The notes under the pieces were generated by a model. It searched no databases. It saw only the letters and a program-made list of their open reading frames with translations, and was not told the DNA's origin. This document shows positions 1 to 9,814 of a stretch of 64,000 nucleotides of DNA, piece by piece (positions within the stretch are counted from its first letter, which is position 1; every line of letters begins with the position of its first letter). The stretch is taken from the NCBI GenBank assembly GCA_965223855.1, contig CBDCXM010000009.1:128001-192000 (forward strand). Reading direction: 5' to 3'. Made by a program: the position numbers and the translations under genes. Origin of the DNA: Candidatus Multivoradales bacterium. GTDB taxonomy: Bacteria > Acidobacteriota > Thermoanaerobaculia > Multivoradales > JAHEKO01.

Positions 1-885
1 CCACGGCAGCAGCGCCCAGGTGCCGTCCGGCAGGATCGGCAGCGAGAAACGGACGAAGCCGTAAGTGCCCATCTTCAGGAGCACCCCGGCAAGGATGACC
101 GAGCCGGCGGTCGGCGCCTCGACATGCGCGTCCGGCAGCCAGGTGTGGAACGGGAACATCGGCACCTTGATGGCGAAGCCGACGAAGAAGGCGAGGAAGA
201 TCCACCACTGCATGCCGGCGGGTATCGATGCCGAGATCTCGTGGAACTGCAGGATCGAGAAGGTCTTCGGGTTGCCGAGCCCTTCGACCCCCAGAAGGCC
301 GGTCGAGTTGTAGAAGTAGAGTGCCAGGATGCCCAGGAGCATCAGCACCGAGCCGACCAGGGTGTAGAGGAAGAACTTGATCGCGGCGTAGAGCTTGCGC
401 TCGCCGCCCCAGATGCCGATCAGGAAGTACATCGGCACCAGCATCACTTCCCAGAAGACGTAGAAGAGGAAGAAGTCCATCGCCATGAAGACGCCCAGCA
501 TTCCGGTCTGGAGCATCAGCATGAAGACGTAGTACTCCTTCTCCCGTTCCTTGATGGCGGTCCACGAAGAGAGGAAGGCGATCACGCCGAGAAGCGTCGT
601 CAGCAGCACCAGCAGCAGCGCGATGCCGTCGATGCCGAACTCGTAGCGCACTCCGATCGACGGGATCCACGACGCGCTCTCGCGGAACTGGAAGAGCTCA
701 CCGGCGCGATCGAACTCGAACCAGAGCGGAATCGAGATCAGGAAATCGAGGAACGCGACGCCGGTGGCGAAGCGACGGATCGACCCGCCGTTGTCCTTGT
801 TCATGAAGAGCACCAGCAGCGCGCCGACGAGCGGCACGTAGGCGACGATGCTCAGGATCGGGAGGTCGTGGATGAAATCGAACAT
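1..885 (-). CDS. nuoM: NADH-quinone oxidoreductase subunit M (3'-truncated by window edge)
   Basis: Manual translation from ATG at 885: MFDFIHDLPILS...GIDGIALLLVLLT...FYVFWEVMLVPMYFLIGIWG...AIKVPMFPFHTWLPDAHVEAPTAGSVILAGVLLKMGTYG; follows nuoL. Confidence 0.95.
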   Translation of the reverse strand, partial: MFDFIHDLPILSIVAYVPLVGALLVLFMNKDNGGSIRRFATGVAFLDFLISIPLWFEFDRAGELFQFRESASWIPSIGVRYEFGIDGIALLLVLLTTLLGVIAFLSSWTAIKEREKEYYVFMLMLQTGMLGVFMAMDFFLFYVFWEVMLVPMYFLIGIWGGERKLYAAIKFFLYTLVGSVLMLLGILALYFYNSTGLLGVEGLGNPKTFSILQFHEISASIPAGMQWWIFLAFFVGFAIKVPMFPFHTWLPDAHVEAPTAGSVILAGVLLKMGTYGFVRFSLPILPDGTWALLPW

Positions 886-904
886 GGGCGTTGCCTCGAG
901 TCCG

Positions 905-2971
905 TTATCTCTTCAGGCCGATGACGACGTAGAACCACACCAGCACCGCCATCCCGATCGCGAGGACCAGGGCGTATTGAGAGACCGAGCCGGTCTGCAA
1001 CCGGCGGAAGAAGCGCGAGCCGAGCTTCGAAACCCAGCCCACGAGATTGACCAGCCCGTCGACGAAGTACTTGTCGAAGAAGCCGGAGAGCAGCGACGTC
1101 GCGACCGTGAAGTGACGCGAGCCGTTCACCAGCACCCCGTCGATGAATCTGCTGTCGAAGCCGAAGAGGCCGCGAGCGCTCGACCAGGTCCCCTTGACCA
1201 CGGTCGCGTCGTACGCCTCGTCGACGAAGTACTTGTTCTCGAGCCAGCGGTGCACCGCCGGGAAGCGCGCCACCCACTTCTCCCCTTCGGCGAGTCCGCT
1301 GTCACCGCCGTAGGTTCGGCGGGCCAGCAGGATGCCGCCGACCGCCACCGCGATCGACAGCGCCATCAGGGCGAGTTCGACGGCGAGACTCGCGTGGTGG
1401 CCGTGGTCGTCGCCGACGTGGGCGATGACCGGCTCCAGGAAGTGCTTGAACTTGTCGGCCCCGTGGATCAGGAAGTCCGGGAATCCGACCAGGCCTGCGA
1501 ACGCGGCGCCGACCGCCAGCACCATCAGCGGCACCGTCATCGACGGCGGCGATTCGTGCAGGTGGTGGTGCTGCTCCTCGGTGCCGCGGAACTCGCCGTG
1601 GAAGGTCATGAAGAGGAGCCGGAACATGTAGCAGGCGGTGAGACCCGCCGTCAGCAGACCGATCCCCCACAGCACCTTGTGATCGACCCAGGTGGCCGCG
1701 AGGATCGCGTCCTTGCTGAAGAAGCCGGCGAGCGGCGGGATGCCGGCGATCGCGATCGTGCCGACGAGGAAGGTGCGGTAGGTGATCGGCAGGTGCTCCT
1801 TCAAGCCGCCCATCTTGCGCATGTCCTGCTCGCCGCCCATGGCGTGGATCACCGAGCCGGAGCCGAGGAACATGAGCGCCTTGAAGAAGGCGTGCGTCAT
1901 CAGGTGGAAGACCGCCGCCGTGTAGGCGCCGACGCCGCAGGCGAGGAACATGTAGCCGAGCTGCGACACCGTCGAGTAGGCGAGCACCTTCTTGATGTCG
2001 GTCTGCGCCAGGCCGATCGTCGCCGCGAAGATCGCCGTCGCGGCGCCGATGATCGCCACCAGTTCGGAGGTGCCGGGTGCCAGTTGATAGAGCACGTTCG
2101 AGCGCGCCACCATGTAGACACCGGCGGTCACCATGGTGGCGGCATGAATCAGAGCCGAGACCGGCGTCGGGCCTGCCATCGCGTCCGGTAGCCAGGTGTA
2201 GAGCGGGATCTGGGCGCTCTTACCCGTGGCGCCGAGGAACAGAGCCAGCGTCACGAAGCCGGCGAAGGTGAGGCCGAGGACGTAGCCCCCCTGCACCAGC
2301 GCCGGGTTGGCCTCGATGGCGCCGAAGAGCTTCTCGTAGTTGAGCGTGCCGAAGTGGGCCGCCAGCGCGAACATGCCGGCGAGGAAGCAGAAGTCGCCGA
2401 TCCGGTTGACGATGAACGCCTTGCGTCCCGCGAACGGCGGGAACTCCTGGTCGTAGTAGAAGCCGATCAGCAGGTAGGAGCACAGTCCCACCCCTTCCCA
2501 ACCGACGAACGTCACCAGGTAGTTGTTGCCGAGGATGAGCATCAGCATCATCCCCATGAAGAGGTTCAGGTAGGTGAAGTAGCGCTGGAACCCCGGCTCG
2601 TGGTCCATGTAACCGACCGAGAAGATGTGGATCCAGAAGCCGACGAAGGTGACGACGAAGAGCATCACGCACGACAGCGGATCGAGCAGGAAGCCCATCT
2701 CGATCGAGAGATTCGCGAACGTGCCGTCGGCGATCCCCATCATGCCGGCGGGGATCCACTCGTAGACCGACTGCTCGAAAGGCTCATGCGCCGCGTAGAG
2801 ATCGCTGCCGACGTAGCCGAAGATGGCGAAGATCGACAGGACCAGACAGGCGAGTACCGAGCCACAGGCGACCGCGGCGACACCCTTCTTGTCGAGCCGG
2901 TTGCGCAGCACGACGCCGTTCAGAAACGCGCCGAGGAACGGCAGGACCGGAATGAGCCACAGCCACCTCAT
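905..2971 (-). CDS. nuoL: NADH-quinone oxidoreductase subunit L, with extended lateral helix
   Basis: GWEGVGLCSYLLIGF, GKSAQIPLYTWLPDAMAGPTPVSALIHAATMVTAG, DIKKVLAYSTVSQLGYM, HAFFKAL motifs. Confidence 0.97.
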   Translation of the reverse strand: MRWLWLIPVLPFLGAFLNGVVLRNRLDKKGVAAVACGSVLACLVLSIFAIFGYVGSDLYAAHEPFEQSVYEWIPAGMMGIADGTFANLSIEMGFLLDPLSCVMLFVVTFVGFWIHIFSVGYMDHEPGFQRYFTYLNLFMGMMLMLILGNNYLVTFVGWEGVGLCSYLLIGFYYDQEFPPFAGRKAFIVNRIGDFCFLAGMFALAAHFGTLNYEKLFGAIEANPALVQGGYVLGLTFAGFVTLALFLGATGKSAQIPLYTWLPDAMAGPTPVSALIHAATMVTAGVYMVARSNVLYQLAPGTSELVAIIGAATAIFAATIGLAQTDIKKVLAYSTVSQLGYMFLACGVGAYTAAVFHLMTHAFFKALMFLGSGSVIHAMGGEQDMRKMGGLKEHLPITYRTFLVGTIAIAGIPPLAGFFSKDAILAATWVDHKVLWGIGLLTAGLTACYMFRLLFMTFHGEFRGTEEQHHHLHESPPSMTVPLMVLAVGAAFAGLVGFPDFLIHGADKFKHFLEPVIAHVGDDHGHHASLAVELALMALSIAVAVGGILLARRTYGGDSGLAEGEKWVARFPAVHRWLENKYFVDEAYDATVVKGTWSSARGLFGFDSRFIDGVLVNGSRHFTVATSLLSGFFDKYFVDGLVNLVGWVSKLGSRFFRRLQTGSVSQYALVLAIGMAVLVWFYVVIGLKR

Positions 2972-3285
2972 CCGGACAGCTCCATCGCCTTGTCGAGCTC
3001 GGTCGTCTTGCGCAGGCGGAAGAGCGCGATCAGGATGCCGAGGCCGACAGCCGCCTCACCGGCGGCCACCGCGATCGTGAAGATCGCGAAGATCTGCCCG
3101 GTCAGGTCACCGTGACTCGCCGAAAAGGCGATCAGGTTGAGGTTGACCGAGTTGAGCACCAGCTCGATCGACATCAGCACGGTGATCATGTTGCGGCGCA
3201 CGACGATGCCGATCGTCCCGATCAGGAAGAGGATCGCCGACAGCAACAGGTAGTGGGTCGTCCCCACGTCGAAGAGCGCGCTCAT
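2968..3285 (-). CDS. nuoK: NADH-quinone oxidoreductase subunit K
   Basis: RRNMITVLMSIELVLNSVNLN and AVAAGEAAVGLG motifs; start reassigned to ATG at 3285 (MSALFDV), just after the nuoJ stop. Confidence 0.95.
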   Translation of the reverse strand: MSALFDVGTTHYLLLSAILFLIGTIGIVVRRNMITVLMSIELVLNSVNLNLIAFSASHGDLTGQIFAIFTIAVAAGEAAVGLGILIALFRLRKTTELDKAMELSG

Positions 3286-3287
3286 CC

Positions 3288-3821
3288 CTATTGCCTCCGC
3301 CCCAGCACGACCGCGCCGACCATCGCCACCAGCAGGAAGACGGAGACGATCTCGAACGGCAGCAGGTACTGCCGATAGAGCAGCCACGCCACCGCCTCGG
3401 AGTTTCCGAGCGACTCCCCTTCGACGTCCGAGAACGCCGCCGGAGGCGCGCTCACGTCACCGAACTGCGCCGGGATGAAGGCGGTCAGCAACACCGCCGC
3501 GATGACACCCGCCGCCAGCACCGCCACCCACCAGTGGCCGCCGTACTTGTCCTGCTCCATCAACTGGTGCTGATTCACCAGCATGATCACGAACAGAAAC
3601 AGCACCATGATCCCGCCGCCGTAGACGAAAACCTGCACCACCGCCAGAAACTCGGCGAACCGCAACAGGAACAACACCGCCACCGAAATGAACGTCACCA
3701 GCAGCGAAATCGCCCCGTACATCGGGTTGCGCAGCAGCACCACCCCCAACGCCCCCGCCACCGTAATCCCGGCAAACAGGAAGAACAACAGCCCGGCGCC
3801 GTTCTCAACTAGGAAATCCAA
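3288..3821 (-). CDS. nuoJ: NADH-quinone oxidoreductase subunit J
   Basis: AEFLAVVQVFVYGGGIMVLFLFVIMLV and YLLPFEIVSVFLLVAMVGAVVL motifs; TTG start. Confidence 0.95.
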   Translation of the reverse strand: MDFLVENGAGLLFFLFAGITVAGALGVVLLRNPMYGAISLLVTFISVAVLFLLRFAEFLAVVQVFVYGGGIMVLFLFVIMLVNQHQLMEQDKYGGHWWVAVLAAGVIAAVLLTAFIPAQFGDVSAPPAAFSDVEGESLGNSEAVAWLLYRQYLLPFEIVSVFLLVAMVGAVVLGRRQ

Positions 3822-3856
3822 GCAGAAGCTTCCTTCCCCTCAAACCGTGCTCGTGG

Positions 3857-4076
3857 AGTGGGCCGGATCGTCGCACCGCAGCCGGGCGTAGTCGAGACGT
3901 ACCAGACGTACGTCGCAGGCTGCGCCCGGCGAGGACGCGGCGAGCCGGTCCGCTGCCCTTCAACTCCGTGTCGTTGTAGTGGGCCGGATCGTCGTACCGC
4001 AGCCGGGCGTGCCCGAGACGTACTCAGACGTACGTCGCAGGCTGCGCCCGGCGAGGACGCGGCGAGCCGGTCCGCT
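3857..4076. repeat. Two tandem ~100-bp imperfect palindromic (REP/MITE-like) elements between nuoI and nuoJ
   Basis: Copies at ~3857-3954 and ~3978-4076 are nearly identical; each folds into a long hairpin (AGTGGGCCGG/CCGGTCCGCT, GCCGGGCGT/GCGCCCGGC, GACGTAC/GTACGTC). Confidence 0.85.
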
Positions 4077-4090
4077 CCGCGAGTACGCCC

Positions 4091-4570
4091 TCACCGCACT
4101 TCCTCATCGGTATACGACGGTCTGACCTTCCAGTCCTGGAGCTCGTCCATGTCCACGTACAGGTTCTCCCACCGATCGTAGGAAGCCAGCTCGTACGTCT
4201 TCGACGTCAACCAGATCGACTTCGGATTCGTCGGACACGCCTCCTCGCACAGGCCGCAGAACATGCAGCGCTGGACGTCGATGTCGAAGCGATCGAGCAC
4301 CTTCTCCTTCTTCTCCAGCACCGGGTTCATCTCCTGGTGCCAGTCGATGTAGATGATGTCGATCGGGCAGTCGCGCGCGCACAGCGTGCACTTGATGCAG
4401 CGCTCCTCGTCGAGGCGGAACATGCCGCGGAAGCGGTGCGCCGGCTCGAGGCGCTCCTCGGGGTATTGGACCGTCTCCTTCTTCTTGAAGATGTGACGGA
4501 AGGTGATCCCCAGCCCCGAGAAGAGGTCGAGGAGCATGAACTTGTCGAGCATTCTGCGCATCGAGCTCAT
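4091..4570 (-). CDS. nuoI: NADH-quinone oxidoreductase subunit I (2x[4Fe-4S])
   Basis: TVQYPEE, RFRG, CIKCTLCARDCP and CMFCGLCEEACP; true start ATG 4570 overlaps the nuoH stop. Confidence 0.95.
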   Translation of the reverse strand: MSSMRRMLDKFMLLDLFSGLGITFRHIFKKKETVQYPEERLEPAHRFRGMFRLDEERCIKCTLCARDCPIDIIYIDWHQEMNPVLEKKEKVLDRFDIDVQRCMFCGLCEEACPTNPKSIWLTSKTYELASYDRWENLYVDMDELQDWKVRPSYTDEEVR

Positions 4571-5655
4571 AGGAGGATCTTCCACAGGCCGACGCCGAAG
4601 ACGGTGAAGAGGACCAGCGGGATCAACCACTTCCAGCCGAGGTCCATGAGCTGGTCGAAGCGGTAGCGCGGGAAGGTGCCGCGGAACCAGATGTAGACGA
4701 ACAGGAAGGCGAACAGCTTGATCGAGAACCAGATCAGGCCCATCAGGCCCGCCGGAATGAACGAGGGCGACAGGAACGACAGCGCCTCGACGTTCGGGAA
4801 CGGCTGCTGCCAGCCGCCGAGGAAGAGCGTCACACCGAGCGCCGAGACGACGATCATGTTGGCGTACTCGCCGAGGAAGAAGAGGGCGAAGCGCATGCCG
4901 GTGTACTCGGTGTGGAAGCCGGCCACCAGCTCCGACTCCGCCTCCGGCAGGTCGAACGGGTTGCGGTTCGATTCGGCGACGCCGGCGACGAAGTAGATGA
5001 AGAAGGCGATCAGGCCGAACGGGAAGAACTGGAAGATGAACCAGCGCGACTGCTCGAACTGCGCCATCACGACGCCCTGGAGCGACATCGTCCCCGCCAT
5101 CAGCAGCGGGATCACCAGCGAGAAGCCCTGCGGGACCTCGTAGGAGATCATCTGCGCCGCCGAGCGCAGCCCGCCGAGGAGCGAGAACTTCGAGTTCGAC
5201 GCCCAACCGCCGATGATGATGCCGTAGACCCCGACCGTCGCCATGGCGACGACGAAGAGCAGGGCCACGTTGACGTCGGTGATGAAAAAGTCGAGACTGC
5301 CGCCGCTCTCGGAAGCGGGCGGGCCGAACGGGATCACCGAGAAGATGATGAACGCCGGCGCCACCACCAGGCAGGGGGCGAGGATGAACGCCCAGCGCAC
5401 CGCCTTGCTGGGGATCACGTCCTCCTTCACCAGCAGCTTGGCGATGTCGGCGATCGGCTGAAGGATCCCCCACGGACCGACCCGGTTGGGTCCGAGCCGC
5501 ACCTGCATGAAGCCGAGGATCTTGCGCTCGGCGAGCACCAGATACGAGATCAGCGGCAGGATGCCGAGGAACAGGAGCGCCGCGATCTTGATCAGCGGCG
5601 ACACCGCGTAGGTGAAGAGCGTCGGCCCGACTGCTTCCTGGATCGCTTCGAACAC
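4567..5655 (-). CDS. nuoH: NADH-quinone oxidoreductase subunit H
   Basis: ERKILGFMQVRLGPNRVGPWGILQPIADIAKLLVKE, NRNPFDLPEAESELVAGFHTEY, PRYRFDQLM. Confidence 0.97.
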   Translation of the reverse strand: MFEAIQEAVGPTLFTYAVSPLIKIAALLFLGILPLISYLVLAERKILGFMQVRLGPNRVGPWGILQPIADIAKLLVKEDVIPSKAVRWAFILAPCLVVAPAFIIFSVIPFGPPASESGGSLDFFITDVNVALLFVVAMATVGVYGIIIGGWASNSKFSLLGGLRSAAQMISYEVPQGFSLVIPLLMAGTMSLQGVVMAQFEQSRWFIFQFFPFGLIAFFIYFVAGVAESNRNPFDLPEAESELVAGFHTEYTGMRFALFFLGEYANMIVVSALGVTLFLGGWQQPFPNVEALSFLSPSFIPAGLMGLIWFSIKLFAFLFVYIWFRGTFPRYRFDQLMDLGWKWLIPLVLFTVFGVGLWKILL

Positions 5656-5661
5656 GCCCAG

Positions 5662-6837
5662 CTACCGATCCACTTCGCCGAGCACGATGTCGGTCGTGCC
5701 GATGATCGCCACCAGATCCGCCAGCAGGTGATCCTGCGCCAGCTCGGGGACGATCTGCAGGTTGTAGAAAGAGGGAGCCCGCACGTGACAGCGGTCCGGG
5801 TTCGGCGTGCCGTTGCCGACGACGTAGAAGCCGATCTCTCCCTTCGGCCCCTCGATCGCGTAGTACGCCTCGGCACCCTTGTTCGCCTTGAGGACGCGCG
5901 GCCGCTTGGCCATGATGTCCCCTTCGGGAAGCTTGTCGAGGCACTGGCGCAGGATGCGCGCCGACTGCCGCATCTCCTCCATACGGACGAGGTAGCGGTC
6001 GTAGGTGTCGCCGTTGTAGTAGACCGGGACGTCGAACTCGACCTCGTCGTACGCCTCGTAGGGAGTCGCCTTGCGCAGGTCGAAATCGACCCCGCTGCCG
6101 CGCAGCATCGGGCCGGTGATGCCGTACTGGAGCGCCTGCTCCTTCGACATCACGCCGACGCCGACGGTGCGCTTCTTCCAGATCCGGTTGTTGGTCAGGA
6201 GCCCCTCGTAGATATCGACCTTCTCCGGGAACTTGTCGACGAAGGCGGAGCAGCGATCGGTCCAGCCGACCGGCAGGTCGAACGGCAGCCCGCCCGGGCG
6301 CATGCAGTTGAGCGTCAGGCGCGCGCCGCAGTACTCCTCGAAGAGATCGAGGATCTGCTCCCGCTCGCGGAAGCAGTAGAAGAACGGCGTCATCGCGCCG
6401 ATGTCGATCGCATGCGTGGCAAGCCACAGCAGATGGCTCGAGATCCGCTGCAGCTCGCACAGGATCGTGCGGATGTAGCTCGCACGCGGCGGCACGGTGA
6501 GCCCGGTCAGCTTCTCCACCGCGCCGACGTAGGCGAGGTTGTTGGTCGCCGCCGCCACGTAGTCCATCCGGTCGGTGTGCGGCACGTTCTGGAAGAACGG
6601 GTGCAACTCGAAGAGCTTCTCCGTACCGCGGTGCAGGTAGCCGATGATCGGGTAGCTGTCGACGATCCGCTCGCCGTCGATCTTCAGGTTGATCCGGAGC
6701 ACCCCGTGCGTCGACGGATGCTGGGGCCCGAGGGCGAGCTCCATCTCTTCGACGTCGAAGAGCGTCTCACGCGTGGGCTTGTTGCCTGAGCCGTTGCCCT
6801 GGCCATTGCCCTGGCCGTTGCCGTTGCCGTTCGCCAT
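5662..6837 (-). CDS. nuoD: NADH-quinone oxidoreductase subunit D
   Basis: GPQHPSTHGVLR, GYLHRGTEKL, DRMDY, EGPKGE, DIVLGEVDR; short Gly-Asn repeat at N-terminus. Confidence 0.97.
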   Translation of the reverse strand: MANGNGNGQGNGQGNGSGNKPTRETLFDVEEMELALGPQHPSTHGVLRINLKIDGERIVDSYPIIGYLHRGTEKLFELHPFFQNVPHTDRMDYVAAATNNLAYVGAVEKLTGLTVPPRASYIRTILCELQRISSHLLWLATHAIDIGAMTPFFYCFREREQILDLFEEYCGARLTLNCMRPGGLPFDLPVGWTDRCSAFVDKFPEKVDIYEGLLTNNRIWKKRTVGVGVMSKEQALQYGITGPMLRGSGVDFDLRKATPYEAYDEVEFDVPVYYNGDTYDRYLVRMEEMRQSARILRQCLDKLPEGDIMAKRPRVLKANKGAEAYYAIEGPKGEIGFYVVGNGTPNPDRCHVRAPSFYNLQIVPELAQDHLLADLVAIIGTTDIVLGEVDR

Positions 6838-6853
6838 CGGTGTCAGAGGCCGC

Positions 6854-7750
<897 letters not shown>

Positions 7751-7760
7751 CGCGGTCGAT

Positions 7761-8236
<476 letters not shown>

Positions 8237-8237
<1 letters not shown>

Positions 8238-8593
8238 CAAGCCCAATTGAGAGCCCCCCGATTCCAGGCGTAGACGTAGCCGATGATGAGGATGATCAGG
8301 AAGACGACCATCTCGATGAAGCCGAAGAGCGCGAGCTGATCGAACATCACCGCCCACGGGAAGAGAAAGACCGTCTCGACGTCGAAGATGACGAAGAGCA
8401 CCGCCAGCAGGTAGTAGCGGATCGAGAACCGGTTGTCGTGGGCGAGCGTCTCGGCCGGGTTACCGCACTCGTACGGCTCGTTGTTGGTCGCTCCGGAGCC
8501 GGCCATCCGGAACAGTTTCGCCGCGATCAGCGTCGCCGCGAGGAACAGGATGGAGACGAGGGTGAAGACGAGGATCGGAAGATAGGTTTCCAT
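8237..8593 (-). CDS. nuoA: NADH-quinone oxidoreductase subunit A
   Basis: [41 protein letters not shown]. Confidence 0.96.
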
Positions 8594-8670
8594 TCAGCGC
8601 TGCCGAGACTGGTGCGCCCTCGAAGTGCGGCGCCCTCGATCGATGACCTGCTCTGCCTTGAAGCGCGGTC

Positions 8671-8698
8671 ATTGTACCGGAGGGTCTAGGCGAGTCAA
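8671..8698 (-). promoter_or_regulatory. Putative sigma70 promoter of the nuo operon
   Basis: Minus strand TTGACT-N16-TACAAT about 80 bp upstream of nuoA. Confidence 0.65.
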
Positions 8699-8727
8699 GA
8701 CGCTCCGGCACCCCTGTTCGAGCCCCC

Positions 8728-9789
8728 TCAGGAGACCTGCCCGGAGGCCGTCAACGGCAGGTCGAAGAGACCCTCGATCGACGCGTCGCGAGCCTGCACG
8801 AGGACCCGGATCGCAGTGCCCATCCCCTCTGGATTGAGGAGCTGCGCGGCCTCCAGTCGCAACTCCATCGGCGCCTCCTCGAGGGCTTCGAACACTCCGC
8901 ACGCGCCGAGCCACTCGGCCTGGGAGACGACTGCGATCGTCTCGAGGCCGGCCGCCTCGCCTTCCTCGATCAGAGTGGTGAAGTCGACGTGGGCGGTGAG
9001 GTCCTGGCTGCCGATGTCGACGAACGGATCACGATGAACCGTCTGGCGGCGATAGCAGGCCACCGTGCCGTGGCGCCGCACTCGCGCGTCGAAGAGCCGC
9101 TCACGCTCGAAGCCGTAGTCGCAGGTGACGAGCAGGCCTCGCCCCAGGCGCTCGGCGAGCTGCCGGTAGAGCGGGCGCCAGCCGCGGGCGAGATCGACGA
9201 TCTGGCCGGGCTCGAATCGCGAGGTGTCCGCCAGCTCCCTCGAGAAGGGCTCGAGTACGGCAGTCGTGGCCGGTACGGTCTTCCAGCACAACGCCTCCTC
9301 TTCCAGCCCTACCCGGACCTCTTCCCAACCCTCGCCCGTCCACCTCAGTCGGTCGCACGGGAGGGCATCGAAGAGTTCGTAGGAGAAGAGGAGACCGGTG
9401 AGAGGCCCGACGCTCTCGAGATCCGCAACGACCTCGACTCCGCGAGGCGCCTCCCTGACGACGCGATCCCACGCCAGCAGACCGGCTTCGAAGGCGGGCG
9501 GCAGCGATCCGACCAGCGCCTCCAGGTGACGCCCGTTGCCGAATCCACCCTCCAGGAAGTCCGCCCTCCCGAGCTGGTGGCTGAGGCGCTGGAGCAGTCT
9601 CGCGGTGGAGCGACCGAAGAGCGGCGACAGCGACGAGCCGGTCACGAAGTCCCCCTGCGCCCCGATCCTCGGCGTCGGCGTCGCGTAGTAGCCCCCTTCT
9701 CCGTAAAGCGCTTCCTCCATAAACTCGGAGAACGGCAGGGGGCCGTGCCGTTCGATCCGGGCGCGCAGACGTTCTTCCGGCGTGCTCAC
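8728..9789 (-). CDS. SAM-dependent methyltransferase, MidA/NDUFAF7 (DUF185) family
   Basis: GPLPFSEFMEEALY...GYY...IGAQGDFVT, ELFDALP, DYG, QDLTAHVDF motifs; likely GTG start at 9789. Confidence 0.88.
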   Translation of the reverse strand: MSTPEERLRARIERHGPLPFSEFMEEALYGEGGYYATPTPRIGAQGDFVTGSSLSPLFGRSTARLLQRLSHQLGRADFLEGGFGNGRHLEALVGSLPPAFEAGLLAWDRVVREAPRGVEVVADLESVGPLTGLLFSYELFDALPCDRLRWTGEGWEEVRVGLEEEALCWKTVPATTAVLEPFSRELADTSRFEPGQIVDLARGWRPLYRQLAERLGRGLLVTCDYGFERERLFDARVRRHGTVACYRRQTVHRDPFVDIGSQDLTAHVDFTTLIEEGEAAGLETIAVVSQAEWLGACGVFEALEEAPMELRLEAAQLLNPEGMGTAIRVLVQARDASIEGLFDLPLTASGQVS

Positions 9790-9814
9790 GACCGAAGTGT
9801 ATACTTCCACGCAA
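9790..9814. promoter_or_regulatory. Putative bidirectional promoter with overlapping -10 elements
   Basis: TATACT on + (9800-9805) and TACACT on - (9796-9801) in a 25-bp gap between divergent starts. Confidence 0.5.

Noticed and set aside
3857-4076. Possible CRISPR array
   Set aside because: Only two ~100-bp units, no short repeat-unique spacer pattern and no cas genes.
4091-6460. 789-aa ORF suggesting a large NuoI fusion
   Set aside because: Only the last 159 aa are NuoI; the rest is an alternative frame over nuoH and nuoD.
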